DNA from: Hypanus sabinus
Lineage: Eukaryota
Assembly: GCF_030144855.1 (NCBI RefSeq)
Contig: NC_082707.1
Location: 155,434,001-155,498,000 of the forward strand
Length of the DNA: 64,000 nt
Reading direction: 5' to 3'
In this document: piece by piece, positions 38,882 to 51,441 of the stretch
Layout of the letters: every line of letters starts with the position of its first letter
Position numbering within the stretch: the first letter of the stretch is position 1
Notes under the pieces: generated by a model
What the model saw: only the letters and a program-made list of their open reading frames with translations
Told to the model about the DNA's origin: nothing
Database searches by the model: none
Position numbers and translations under genes: made by a program

Positions 38882-40769
38882 TACATTCTAACTCACAGGA
38901 ATACAAATTACATGAAGCTCAAAAATTGTTCACCATTATAAATGGTCACAATTACACAAAGGTCATTTACAGCTTCATTACTTTTTATGCATATCTGAGT
39001 TGACTAAAAAATGTTCAAATCTTTAACCATGTGGTAAATTTAAATAATCTGTTTTATTTTAAACTCATTCCAATGCTTTGGCCAAAAAATAATTGTAACA
39101 GATCCAGCAACGTCATTTAAATTTGAATACTCAAGTATTTTTATTGTTTGGCAATAATTGGAAAAAAAAATACTCTGCCTTAGCAGTGAATCAGATGAGT
39201 TTTAAAACTGAGCAGATACTTAGCGAGAAGCAAAATGCTTTATTGTGGTACATTAACTAAATACTTGTCCTTACACAGTTGTTATTATGGCAGATACAGA
39301 CTGTAAAGTTTTACTTCAATTTATCAGAGCTGAAAGTGCATATATTAAACCAGTATTCAATTAGCAACCATAATTAAACCTTAAACGTCAAATACCAAAT
39401 ACTTCCAGTATCTCTTTAGATTTTGCCACCTTTCAGAACCCCGAATTTGTGATTACTAATTTATTTTGTTCTGATATGTAATTTAGTTCCAAAATATTAA
39501 GCTGCAACTTTAATCACAAAGAACTTTGCATAACTATGTTAAAGTTGCACTAGAATATATATATTTAAAATTAGAAGTAACTCATGTTTCCATTACAAGA
39601 AACAAAACAGATAAATTCATAAAACCTATATCCTATCAACTGAAATTCTATTTCTAGTTTTAGTTCCCTTGTGGTCAATTAAAGAATTACTTCAAAATAA
39701 CAGAAGCTACAAACTGCTTAAATAAATTGTGTACTATTCAACAAAATTTCACTACAGCTGGTTTATTTTAGCATATAAAATATTTCGAAGTACTTATAAA
39801 AATGGGCTTAAAAAGTTTCTACTGAGCTGCCCAATTAGTTTACTTTTTTGTTTGCTAATGTCACCTGCAAATTCAGTGTTGTATTGTTCTGTCAGCCAGT
39901 ATTGCATACTTATTCATAACTGCCAAGCAACTATGAGCAGCAGGTTGGGACCAAGAAAATGAACATTGGAAAAATAGGCAAGCTACCATTGTTGTCTGAA
40001 TAAACAGATTAAAAGGAATTGTTGTAATTAAAATTCTCTGCTCATTGTATTGAACTAGACCTCCAAGTAACCAGCTTTTGACAAGAGGAATTTGCCACCT
40101 CAAGTAATCACAAATGAGTTTTTAAACCCCCTTCCATTCTCAGTTGTCTCCTATCCCACTTGAACGACTCTACCAATGCTCATTAAAATGTTTTAATCAA
40201 CACATATACAGGTTCATGTACAAAAGAGATTGGCTCTAAGCTCCGTTAATTTTTTTTATCATATAAATTTATATACTTGTCAGTTTTTGAACTAGTCATG
40301 TCAAGTGGCTCCCTGCTCTGCACTGTTCTAAGACAGCTATATTGGTTTACTGTTTGAAATCACAGCAGATCACTGCTTTTAAGTACCATTACACTAAATG
40401 GCACTTCATTATCCAACAAGGAAATATTTTTAGCTATATAAATGTTACAGTGTGCTTATTATTGATTCTTAACTTTTGGGGCATTATAGGGGACATTTAT
40501 AGTTATTTAGGGGTTGCATTGACTACAAAAGTGTGGTACCTACAGGAGGTTTCTGCCCTTATTTCATACAAATAACACAGCAGGAGCACAGGAACTAGCT
40601 TTCAAAATAAAATTAAACAAAGCGGGAAAGGAATATTATAAATCAACACACTGGAAAAATTAATCAAGGTGTTTGAGGGATTCGTGCCCAAATTCACTTA
40701 AGAAATTGTCCTAGTTTTCACAGCATTTTTTAAGCTGAAGTCTACAGTTAGCAGTCTCAAAGCTACCTG

Positions 40770-41290
40770 AAAGAGGCAACAGAAGTAGATTGGATGATGA
40801 ATAGGTATGCAGCATATTTGCTATCAGTCAGGCTGTCAAGTATAAAAGCTGGAAAGTCATGTGGTAGCTGTATAAAACTTTGGTTAGGTTACAGTAATGT
40901 TTGTCACATAGAAAGAAGATTGTAGAGGCAGAAGAGGCTCACCAGGATGTTGCCTGGATTAGAGAGCATTAGCTATAAGGAGGATGGACAAACCTGGATT
41001 GTTTTCTCTGGAGAAGTGAAAGCTGAGGGGTGACCCAATAATAAGTATCTAAAATTATGAGGGGCACAGAAAGGCAAATAGTCTTTTCTTCAAGGTGGAA
41101 ATCTCAAGTACCAGAGGGCAGAACTAAAATATGAGTGGGGGAATAGTTTAAAAAAAATTTACAAGGATTTTGTTTTACTCAGAGTGTGATAGATGCCTGG
41201 ATCCACTGCCAGGGAAGTGATGCGAACATATATAATAGCAATGTTTAAGGCACATGGACAGGCAATGAATGTTGGAATATAGGCCACATA
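40770..41290 (+). mobile_element. CR1 3' fragment
   Basis: TRMLPGLE and LFSLE remnants. Confidence 0.65.
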
Positions 41291-41359
41291 CACATAGGAT
41301 AAGTCCCTTAGTACAGGCATCATGGTCACCACAGACCATCATGGGCCGTCAAGCCCATG

Positions 41360-41645
41360 TGCCAGCAATTGGGGTTCAATTCCCACCACTGTCTGTACAA
41401 AGTTTATATGTTCTCCCTGTGAATACATGGGTTTCTTCTGGATGGTCCGGTTTCCTCCCACATTCCAATGACAAACAGATTGGGTTACTGAGTTGTGGAC
41501 ATGCTATGGAAGCATAGCTACACTTGTGGGCTGCCCCCAGCACATCCTTGGACTGTTGGTGGTCGCTGATGCAAACAATACATTTAACTCTATGTTTCGA
41601 GCTACATGTGACAAAGTTAATTGTTATAAAAGCTAATCTTTTTAT
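41360..41645 (+). mobile_element. V-SINE-like SINE
   Basis: GGTTCAATTCC B-box-like motif followed by GGGTTT..TCCGGTTTCCTCCCACA, the V-domain core. Confidence 0.6.
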
Positions 41646-41784
41646 ATTCTGTTGGTAAGCTTTCAATTGCGTCATCATAGTCACACATGTCCACTACTGC
41701 TTTAGCGTAAAATACTGAAAATCTCATCCACATGTTACCTCAAAACCTGAATGCTCCAATATATCAAGCAGTAGTAAATCAAGG

Positions 41785-42255
41785 CAAATGGACTTGCTGT
41801 GTTGTCTAGAATTCTAAACGTTTTGCCACTCATCCAAGAGACTTCTTCAGTTCTGATCCATGGTGAGTAGTTTTCTGGCACACTCTTGAGGTGTTTAAAA
41901 GGTACAGCAATCACATGAAGGTCGTTAAGAAAGGTAGAGGTAATGAGAGGGTCATAAGTCTTATCTTTCCATGAATGGAGGTGCCCTTTAGGTGTAGATA
42001 TACAGCCAAGTCTTGACCTGAGGTGTTGGGCCATCTGTTTGTGAAGTGGTTGTTTTGTCTTGCCGATATACAATCCATACAGTTCTCATTGCACTGGATA
42101 GCATATACAATATTGCACTGTTTATGTTTGGGTGTGGAATCCTAAAGGACAAGGGACACTCTTTTAATGATAACAATGTGCAAATTTTGGACAGGGAAAA
42201 CAGGTGGTTTGAAAGAGGGGTTAACAAAGCCATCTTTGTCAAACTGGAACTCCCA
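41785..42255. mobile_element. Rearranged Penelope GIY-YIG 3' end (second family) with decayed hammerhead
   Basis: YIGKTKQPLHKQMAQH on -, DKGHSF..ILDRENRWFERGV on +; CTGAAGA..AAAACGTT on - at 41850->41817. Confidence 0.7.
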
Positions 42256-42595
42256 TCCTCTGTTATATGCTAGCCCACACCAACTACCACATATCTATCA
42301 TCTGTTTATTCACCTGACTTCTACTTCAATTTCAAAATTCTTCCTCCCATTTCCATAACATTTTATGGCTTCATTGTCACTGAAGCCTCCTATATTTATA
42401 TAATAATTAAGTTTTCCATCACCACAGCCTTTATGCATCCTCCATTCCCTTTGCTCTTGATGAAGTGGTCATCCATCCAACTTTCTCAACTGTAGATTCT
42501 AGTGTGTAATGCAGGCTTCTTTTAATAGTTATCTCCTTTAGCTTAGTGTTTCTTGTCCAATTAGACTACAAGGAAGATCCTTGGGGAAATGTCTT

Positions 42596-43086
42596 ACATT
42601 AAGGCCACTATGTTATGTACAGGAGGTATGTTTGTGGTTTTCAGTAGCTGTAGCCATCCACTTCAAGGTTCAATATGTTGTGCATTCAGAGATACTCCTC
42701 TGCAAACCACTGTTGTAATGCATGGTTATTTGAATTACTATAACATCCTTTTAGATTGAACTAGTCCTTTTACTTCTTATTACAAGCAGTTTACGTCCAC
42801 TGGATTTTTTTGCACCAACTCCCTGCAAACTTTGGAAACTTGTGCTTTTAAATGCTAGGAGATCAGCAGTTTCTAAGATACTCAAACCACTCTATCTGGC
42901 ACCAATCCACAGAAAAAGTCACTTAGATCATATTTCTTCCCTGTTTTGATGTTTGGTCTGAACCTAATCCTCTTGATTATGTCTACATGCTTTCATACAT
43001 TAAGTTGCTACCACATCTTTGGCTGATTAGATATTTGCATTAATGAAGTTTACAGATGTACCTAACAAAGTGACTTTTGAGTGTAC
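42596..43086. mobile_element. Tc1/mariner-type MITE
   Basis: Degenerate TA-flanked inverted termini (TACA..GGCCACT.TGTTA.GTACA / TGTACCTAACAAAGTGAC..GAGTGTA). Confidence 0.5.
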
Positions 43087-43967
43087 AAGGTTAAGGAAAT
43101 TTGTTATGGATTCAGAGGAGCAAACAGGAGCCTTCAATACAAATAGCCTCATAACATTCATTGTCAGAGAATTTTCAAAACCCACAGAACATATATTGAA
43201 TTGCTGCCCTCTGAGTTTTGAACTGCGCTCAACATTTTGGGGCACATTACTAACATACCTGACACCTGACTTTCTATTCCGAGCTGTTATGCAAGATTAA
43301 GATGTGGACAGTGGAAAAGATTCAAGGATGTTCTCAAAGCATGTTAAAAAAAACTTCAGTATTCAGTGTTAAGCAGGCACATATAGCTGGGGTGCCTTAG
43401 ACTTTTGCACAGTACTGTATTTTTCAACGTGGAGAGGAGGGAGAATTTGTGAACCTGGCAGAAGCAAAAAATGTTGAGAATAGCGAGGGTGGTAGAGGAG
43501 TGCCAGAGGCAAGGGGGTGGTGCAGTTGTAGACACACCCAGCTGTGAGACATCAGTAGTCATTTGATTCCAAATAATTGAATTATTTATCATTCCAGAAT
43601 GTCTCTGGTACTCTCTGCTCCCTCTCCCTTCCTCCTTTCCCAACAATGGTTCTCCTCTCCCACTCTCAATCATCATTAACAAATGTCATAAAATTAGGTT
43701 TTTTGCTGTAGCAGTAGTTGTACAATTCATACTGTACATAAAATTATAATACTGTGCAAAATTCTTAGTCTCCCTAGCTATATACATGTACCCAAGACAT
43801 CTGCACAGTACTATACCCCAGGATCAGTGTGAATAATGCAAAATAATGCAGCACTTCATGAACTACACACCCTCTCATTCTGTCTAACGTTTCCTACACC
43901 TACTCCAATCCCACATAAATTCAGTCAAATTAGACCCCACTGAAATTAAATAAAAACAAGTCATTCT

Positions 43968-46595
43968 TGTTATGTTTATGTTTTGTAACTCCAAAACATA
44001 AAATTAATTGAAAGGAGAACAAGGGATCCGAGGGCTGCGAGTCTTGGTTCGGTTTTTACTTTTAGCAAGGCACACGCATATGACATTGTAGCGTGATGAC
44101 ACGTGCCATTTACATATTTGTATATTTAACTGATAATACATTATGTAAACAAAGAATGCTTAATTAAATATATTAGTATTGCTCAAATATTACTTTAATA
44201 TTAAATACACAACTCTTCCCCTTTCTCAGCCATTAACTCCAACCCAGTACAGAATGCATCACAACTTACATATACAATATACTATATAATACAACTACTT
44301 TATAAGCATCTACAGTGTAGTAAATTTTAAATTGTCCCATTTACATTTAAAGATTTAGTTGCTCTGGAGATTTTCTTACTCATGTGGGATAATATTTTTC
44401 CTGACCAGGGAGATCACTCTACTTGCAGGCAAGATTTGTCACTGTGAAAAGAATCTCAGGTTCTGGGGCCTCCTCCATGGTGATTGTAGGAGTCAACTCA
44501 GACTGCAGGAAGTGGTTCTGACAGATCTGGACACCTTTCTTCACCTTTTCTTAGCTTTATTCTCTGGATCTACATTGATCCTTGCTTCTCTCCCAGTCAC
44601 AACTTTTCTCTTTCTCCTGTACTACTTCTGTTTCACATTCCTTCTCTTGCTCACTCACATTCTCTACCTCTGCTTTTCAATTTCTTGTCTTCCTTTTCTT
44701 TCTAGTTTCTTGTGAATATCTCTGCATTTGCTAATTTCCAGAAATTGTCTCGTTTATTTTCTTCCATCTCCATAACTCTTAAGGCATCCTCATTCTATTT
44801 TGTGTATCTTGATCTTGGGAAGGTGCATTTAGTTCTCTGGAGTATTCTCTTATTGTTCCTTCTATTGCTCCCTTCACAATCTGATCTCTCGTCATGGTTT
44901 TCTTTTTGTCTCACACTTGAAATTCTTGTAACAACCTTAATGCACGCAGTGTAGATTCTGGCTCTTTATACTCGCAAAAAAAAGGTTTGCAACTTTCCTG
45001 AACTCTCTTAAAACCTAAACTCTCTTCCAGCTTAAAACCAAACTGCATTTTGCAAGTAACTGTATGACTACTATCAGTATCTTTCCAATTTGCTTTCCAA
45101 TCAGAAGCACAGAGGTTGGCACCAACACCCGTTTGCCTTCTGTTAGGCAACTGTTCATGGTGTACAGTAATGAGGCAGTTGTGACATCACCCATACCTAT
45201 CTTAGTTTGCATTCAGCTGACTCTCTTGCAAGGGATGTGGGATGCAACTAGTGAATGGATCTCCAATCAAGTTGTGGTTGGCAATCACGTTCCCACATTA
45301 CTGGCCCTCCCATTTCTAAACACATACAAGCTCAATGTGGCTTGTTGGTTGTTAGATCTCGCTTTAAAAATGCCATTCCCACAGGAGTTAGCTTTGCTCC
45401 AGTACAAGTTCTTAGTTGGATATCTGTAGGCTTCAACTCAAACTTACATTGTGAAATGACAAACAGCTGAGCCAGTGTCCAATTCCATTTTAATTAATTT
45501 GCCATTCACTTTTGGTGTAAGCCATATTAATATAGTCTATTATTAGTTTCCACATTGAAAATCTGGCTACTCAGTCCTATGTCACTCTCATCATCAGATT
45601 TTATCAACAGCATTTTTGTCTGACCAACATGCTCTTTATGTCCTACTTAGTTGTATTTTCTGCCTTTAATCTTGTTGTACATGAGCCCATGCCGCAACAG
45701 CAACACAGTTTGTTCAAGCAGGCAGGTTTCTGTTTCAACGTTGCACTTTTGTTCAGGTTCACTTTTATTCCCAACTGCAACTCAATTGCTGACTGCTGTT
45801 TTCATTAATGCAGCAACTCAACTGCTTCTTTGTTGTGCTTCAGTTAGGTACCGTTTTTAAATGTTTTCTTGTAAGATTCAATAAACTAAACGATCTATCA
45901 GTGCATCATAAATTTTATTTCTTGTGTAATGAAATGCATCAATCTTTCCAAGGTAGCCAGCCATTTAAAAATGATTATCACCCGGTACTCAGTTTATGAA
46001 CCCGTATATCTGTCCGTTTTCTGTCTTTTTTAAAAACTCGATCGTCTTTACTTTTGTGAAGGAAACGTGCTGATTCGAAGGAGGGGGTAAAAAGGGCTGT
46101 GCTTTTTGAATCAGAATCAAGTTTATACCACTGGTATACGTCGTGAAATGTGTTAACATTGCGGCAGCAGTACCAATACATGATAAATATAGGGAAAAGT
46201 GTATGTATATTAAATATTTAAAAAGTGGTGCAGAAAACTAGTGAGGTGGTGTTTAATGTCCATTTAAAATTGGAATAGTGGATTTTTAAAAACTTCAACC
46301 GTTTCTCGCTGGGTTTCAGCAAGTAGGTTGTCGTCTCGGGTTTGCTTTAAAAATGCCTCTTCGCCACTGTTACGTTTTTAAACTCCAAAACATAAAACTA
46401 ACTGAAAGGAAAACAAAGGAGCTAGGAGACACAAATCTTACGTAACACAATTTAGTACTTTAAGCAAGACGTGCGCAAATGACGCAGTGGCGTGATGACC
46501 CATGCCATTTACGCACTGTCACCGCAATGCATTATGTAAACAACAGAATGCTTAATCAAAATATTTACAATATTTCTCAAATATTAAACACAACA
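43968..46595 (-). mobile_element. Internally deleted Gypsy LTR retrotransposon
   Basis: Paired LTRs ~43968-44213 and ~46368-46595; PBS-like TGGCGAAGAGG; PPT GAAAGGGGAAGAG; protease motif IKMELDTGSAV at ~45465-45500; flanks ATTCT/ATCCT. Confidence 0.82.
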
Positions 46596-47099
46596 ATCCT
46601 TGTAGGTCTCCTGAATATGCATCAAACGGCCACTCAATTATCTCTGGGGACTTTTCTTAAGCTGAGCCGCATCACCTACAACTGATCTAAGTTCTAAATA
46701 ATTGAATTGAAGCTTGCATCTCATACATTTTCTTGAATTTCGGTACACTCGTATAAACTTTCAATGCCAATCAAGCTGCATTAGTCCCTGACCTGTGAAT
46801 CCTCATGCAATAAACTTTATTTCCTACCGTTCCAATTATTCTACATTGAACAAATTCTGACAGTACGTTGTAGAATTAGCCAAAATTTACGATAAAGAGT
46901 AGATCCTGATGCAAAGATGCGCGTACTTCAATCCTGAATCGGGTACATAATTTTCTTTATAAATACAATGGAAAGTGCTGGAAACAGCCCGTTCCCTTCC
47001 ACCTGAAGCATTAACTGCTTCTTTACCAGGACTCTCCCTGACCTACTTACTGCTTCCAGCAGATTTCGGATTTCCAGCATTTATCTCTGATGCTACTCT

Positions 47100-47560
47100 C
47101 CCAGAATCTCGCTACTTCGCCGAAACCAGAACAAGTTTGAAAATTGACGCCGGGACTTGCCTGGACGTCCCGGCCGCCACCATTAAACGGTAATACCAAG
47201 TTGTCGCTGGTAACAGTGGGCGGAGCAACACTTACTTTCGCGCAATTTTACTCTGAAATCAGGGGCTCTTCTTCTTTTCCTGTCAAAATATATGCAGTAA
47301 CCGATGAATGCGGCCCCAAAAACTCCGGCCACGATTACCCCCGTCCTCCCAACCTGCAGCATTCCGACGCGCTATCGTTCTCGACTTCAACCCAGCAACC
47401 GGCCCGGAAGTGTAACCAGACGGACGTCAACCTCACCCTAGCTGCCCTTTGCCCTCTGCCCTCGTCGGCGTGAGAGTTTGGCGGCCGCCATCTTTTTGAC
47501 TGGAAGAAGCGCGCGGGCGTGTATCTTTCCTTGTGAATGATCCTTCGGTTTCTATCTGAC
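47100..47560 (-). promoter_or_regulatory. CpG-island promoter of TOMM20L
   Basis: CpG-dense; YY1 consensus AAGATGGCGGC (~47484-47494, -) and ETS/GABP CCGGAAGT (47404-47411). Confidence 0.75.
47236..47362 (-). CDS. TOMM20L: TOMM20-like exon 1 (127 nt, N-terminal membrane anchor)
   Basis: MLQVGRTGVIVAGVFGAAFIGYCIYFDRKRRRAPDFRVKLRE followed by A|GTAAGT. TOMM20L is assigned by synteny (between ARID4A and TIMM9), not by sequence. Confidence 0.93.
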
Positions 47561-47589
47561 TCGCCTGTGCTGAGGATTCTCTGCACACA

Positions 47590-49605
47590 ATATAGAAACA
47601 TAGAAAACTACAGCACAATACAGGATCCTGGGCCCACAAATATGTGCCGAACATGTCCTTACCTTAGACTCTGCCTCCACCACCGTTGTCAGCAGCCCAT
47701 TCCACACACTCACCACTCTCTGTGTTAAAAACTTACCCCCGACATCTCCTCTGTACCTACTTCCAAGCACCTTAAAACTATGCCCTCTTGTGTTAGCCAT
47801 TTCAGCTCTGGGAAAAAGCCTCTGACTATCCACACGATCAATGGCTCTCATTATTTTGTACACTTTTATCAGTCACTTCTCATCCTCCGTTACTCCAAGG
47901 AGAAAAGGCGAGTTCACTCAACCTATTCTCATAAGGCATGCTCCCCAATCCAGGCAACATCCTTGTAAATCTCCTCTGCACCCTTTCTATGGCTTCCACA
48001 TCCTTCCTGTAGTGAGGCGACCAGAATTGAGCACAGTACTCCAAGTGGGGTCTGACCAGGGTCTTGTATAGCTGCAACATTACCTCTCGGCTCTTTCACT
48101 CAATCCCACGACTGATGGACAGACATACTTTATTGATCCCGAGGGAAATGGGGTTTCATTACAGTCCCACCAACCAAGAATAGTGTAGAAATATGGCAAT
48201 ATAAATCCATAAATAATAATAAGTAAATTATTCCAAGTGGAAATAAGTCCAAGATCAGTCTCTTGGCTCAGGGTGTCCGACACTCTGAGGGAGGAGTTGT
48301 AAAGTTTGATGGCCACAGCCAGGAATGACTTCCTATGAATCTATGCATCTCGATGGAATGAGTCTCTGGTTGAACGTACTCTTGTGCCTGACCAGTACAT
48401 TATGGAGTGGATGGGAGACATTGTCCAAGATGGCATGCAACTTGGACAGCAACCTTTTTCAGACACCACCATCAGAGAGTCCAGTTCCACCCCCACAACA
48501 TCACTGGCCTTACGAATGAGTTTGTTGATTCTGTTGGTGTCTGCTACCCTCAGCCTGCTGCTGCAGCACATAACAGCAAACACGATAGCACTGCCCACCA
48601 CAGAGTCAAAGAACAGCCTCAGCATCGTCTGGCAGATGTTAAAGGACAGTCTCCTCAAAGTAGAGATGGCTCTGACCCTTCTTGTCGGCAGCCTCAGTGT
48701 TCTTTGAACAGTCTAGTTTTTTGTCAATTTGTATCCCCAGGTATTTGTAATCCTCCACCATGTCCACACTGACCGCTTGGATGGAAACAGGGGTCACCAG
48801 TACCTTAGCTCTCCTCAGGTCCACCACCAGCTCCTTAGTCTTTTTCACATTAAGCTGCAGATGATTCTGCTTGCACCATGTGACAAAGTTTCCCACCAAA
48901 CTTTGAAGGCCAATGTACCATATGCCTTCTTAACCAGAGCCAACCTGCGCAGCTGCTTTGAGTGTCCTATGGGCTCGGACCCCAGGGTCCCTCTGATCCT
49001 CCACACTGCCAAGAGTCTTGTCATTAATGCTATATTCTGCCATCATATTTGACCTACCAAAATGAACCACCTCACACTTAACTGTGTTGAGCTCCATCTA
49101 CCACTTCTCAGCCCAGTTTTGCATCCTATTAATGTCCCGCTGTAACCTCTGACAACCCACCACACTATCCACAACACCCCCAACCTTTGAGTCACCAGCA
49201 AATTTGCTAACCAATCCCTCCACTTCCTCATCCAGGACATTTACAAAAAATCAGAAAGAGTAGGGATCCAAGAACAGATCCTTGAGGCACACCACTGGTC
49301 ACCGACCTCCATGCAGAATATGACCCGTCTACAACCACTCTTTGCCTTCTTTGGGCAAGCCAGTTCTGGATCCACAAAGCAAAGTCCCCTTGGATCCCAT
49401 GCCTCCTTACTTTCTCAATAAACCTTGCATGGGGTACCTTATCAAATGCCTTGATAAAATCCATATACATCTACTGCTCTTTTTTCATCGATGTGTTTAG
49501 TCACATTCTCAAAATATTCAATCAGGCTCGTAAGGCACAACCTGCCTTTGACAAAGCCATGCTGACTATTCCTAATCATATTATGCCTCTCCAAATGTTC
49601 ATAAC
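47590..49605 (-). mobile_element. CR1 LINE with nested Rex1 fragment (~48120-48900)
   Basis: CR1 motifs [10 protein letters not shown] and LVRPHLEYCAQFW; Rex1 motif LQLNVKKTKELVVD..YKYLG. Confidence 0.88.
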
Positions 49606-49785
49606 ACATAAAATGCTAAATAAACTCACCAGTCCAGGTAAAATAAATATAAGGAAAGAAACAGTCGACATTTTGGGCAAGAGCCTTCATCAGGACTTGA
49701 ATTCATCAGGAAGGGTCTTGGCCTGAAATATCAACTGTGCATTTCCCTTCTCAGATGTTATCTGACCCATTGTGTTCTCCCAGCA

Positions 49786-50640
49786 TAGAACCATACAACA
49801 TGGAAATAGAGCCTAAAGCCCAACTGGTCCATTCCAACCACAGCATCATCTATTCAGTCCCTGTTGCCCGCGTTTGACCATGACCCTCCAAGCCGTACGT
49901 AGCCAAATGCTTCTCAGATGTTGCAAGTGTAGCCAATTCCATGAATGGAAACTCATTCCAGGCACTCACAATCGTTTGTGCAAAGGGGTTATCTCTCCTG
50001 CCTATTTTAGATTTCTTCCCTCCTGTATCTGCTTACACTCTCCTACCCTGGGGGAAAGACTTTATCTGTCCAACTTATCCGGATCCCTCATGAGGTTTTA
50101 AATTTAAGGTCTCCTCTCATTCTTCTAGGCTCCAGCATGACCAACCTCTCCCTATAACTCATGCCACTAGTCCCAGCAGCATCCCCGTAAATCTCTTCTG
50201 CACTCTTTCCAGCTTAACAATGTGTTTCCTATAACAGGGTGACCAAAACCATATACAATTCTCTAAGTACATTATCACCAACAACTTGTATACCTGCAGA
50301 ATAAGGACGGTGAGTTTATTCCTAAACTCGATGCACACTGATGAAGATCACATACTAAATGTCTTCTTTACCACCCTAGTTGGACAGCCAATTTCAGCAA
50401 ACTTTGCATTTGTGCTCCCAGGTCTTCCATAATAGGACAACGATTCACTGTTTATGCCCTACTCTAGTTTGAATGTTCATAATGTGTCATTTCTCAGTTG
50501 ATCAAGATCTCTTTGTAATCATTGAAACATCATTCACTCTTAATACGACCCCCTGATTACAAATCACTGTAGTAATTCATTAATTAAAGATAGCAATTTC
50601 TCTTCTGTTGATGTCAGGTTAACTGGTCTGTAGTTTCCTA
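49786..50640 (-). mobile_element. Degenerate CR1 fragment
   Basis: Decayed similarity to the neighbouring CR1 3' ends. Confidence 0.6.
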
Positions 50641-51310
50641 TTTGTGTTGCACAAAATCTCCATCACGGGCAGAATTTCTTGACGGTTTATGTGTGCTCTC
50701 TCAGCAGTAATTAGACAGTCTCTTAAGAATAAAAGCTGCTAAGTTTCACCATGGGAGGCCATTGGAAATTGACAAGTAATTGCTTCTATTGATACTTTTG
50801 CAATAAAACTATTAAGCAACCCTCAGTCTTTTAATATTTTTAGCTTGCAGTAATGAACTGACAGCTATTATAAATCTATTTTTAATATCCTGTAGGGAAA
50901 AAAAATTTAATATTGAAAATCCTCTCTATACCCTAATCATATTTCCCCCATCAACATAGCCATTTTATAATGCTATTTTCTTTAATATGACATTTCTTAG
51001 CATGTAAGTACTGTATCATATTATAGCAGAACTATCAGGGTTTGTAGATGTCACTCACAAACTGAAGGATGAGTCATGGCTGTTCGACAGACCATAAGCT
51101 CAGCCTTTTAACACCTTTTTCTCTGTTTTTAAGTAAAATTTATAATCTTGAACTCCCTAAATGATTGAACTGAGAGCCAAATAGCCTTGTATGGTACACT
51201 TTAACCTCCAGAGTTAGTAGTCAATTGGTGCTGTTTGTAACCCATTCACAAATCAACATAATCTACTTAGCATGAAACTAAAATATCAGATGACAACTCA
51301 TACAACATAG

Positions 51311-51441
51311 TAAACACAAAGTACACTGCAGATGCTGTGGTCAAATCAACACATACAACATGCTGGGGGAACTCAGCAGGTCGGGCAGCATCCGTTGAAC
51401 GAGCAGTCAACGTTTCAGGCCAAGACCCTTCGTTAGGACTG
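51311..51441 (-). mobile_element. Penelope-derived short element, hammerhead core mutated
   Basis: Minus strand CAGTC-CTAACGA-A-GGGTCTTGGCCT-GAAA-CG-TT-GACTG: stem I intact, core G->A. Confidence 0.7.

Noticed and set aside
39873-40000. Acceptor plus ATG in TOMM20L intron 1 (MVACLFFQ...)
   Set aside because: No homology, weak donor, and not needed for the complete CDS.
45978-46181. ORF containing DRKR, resembling TOM20 exon 1
   Set aside because: It lies inside the Gypsy leader and a LINE-tail insert; the true exon 1 is at 47236-47362.
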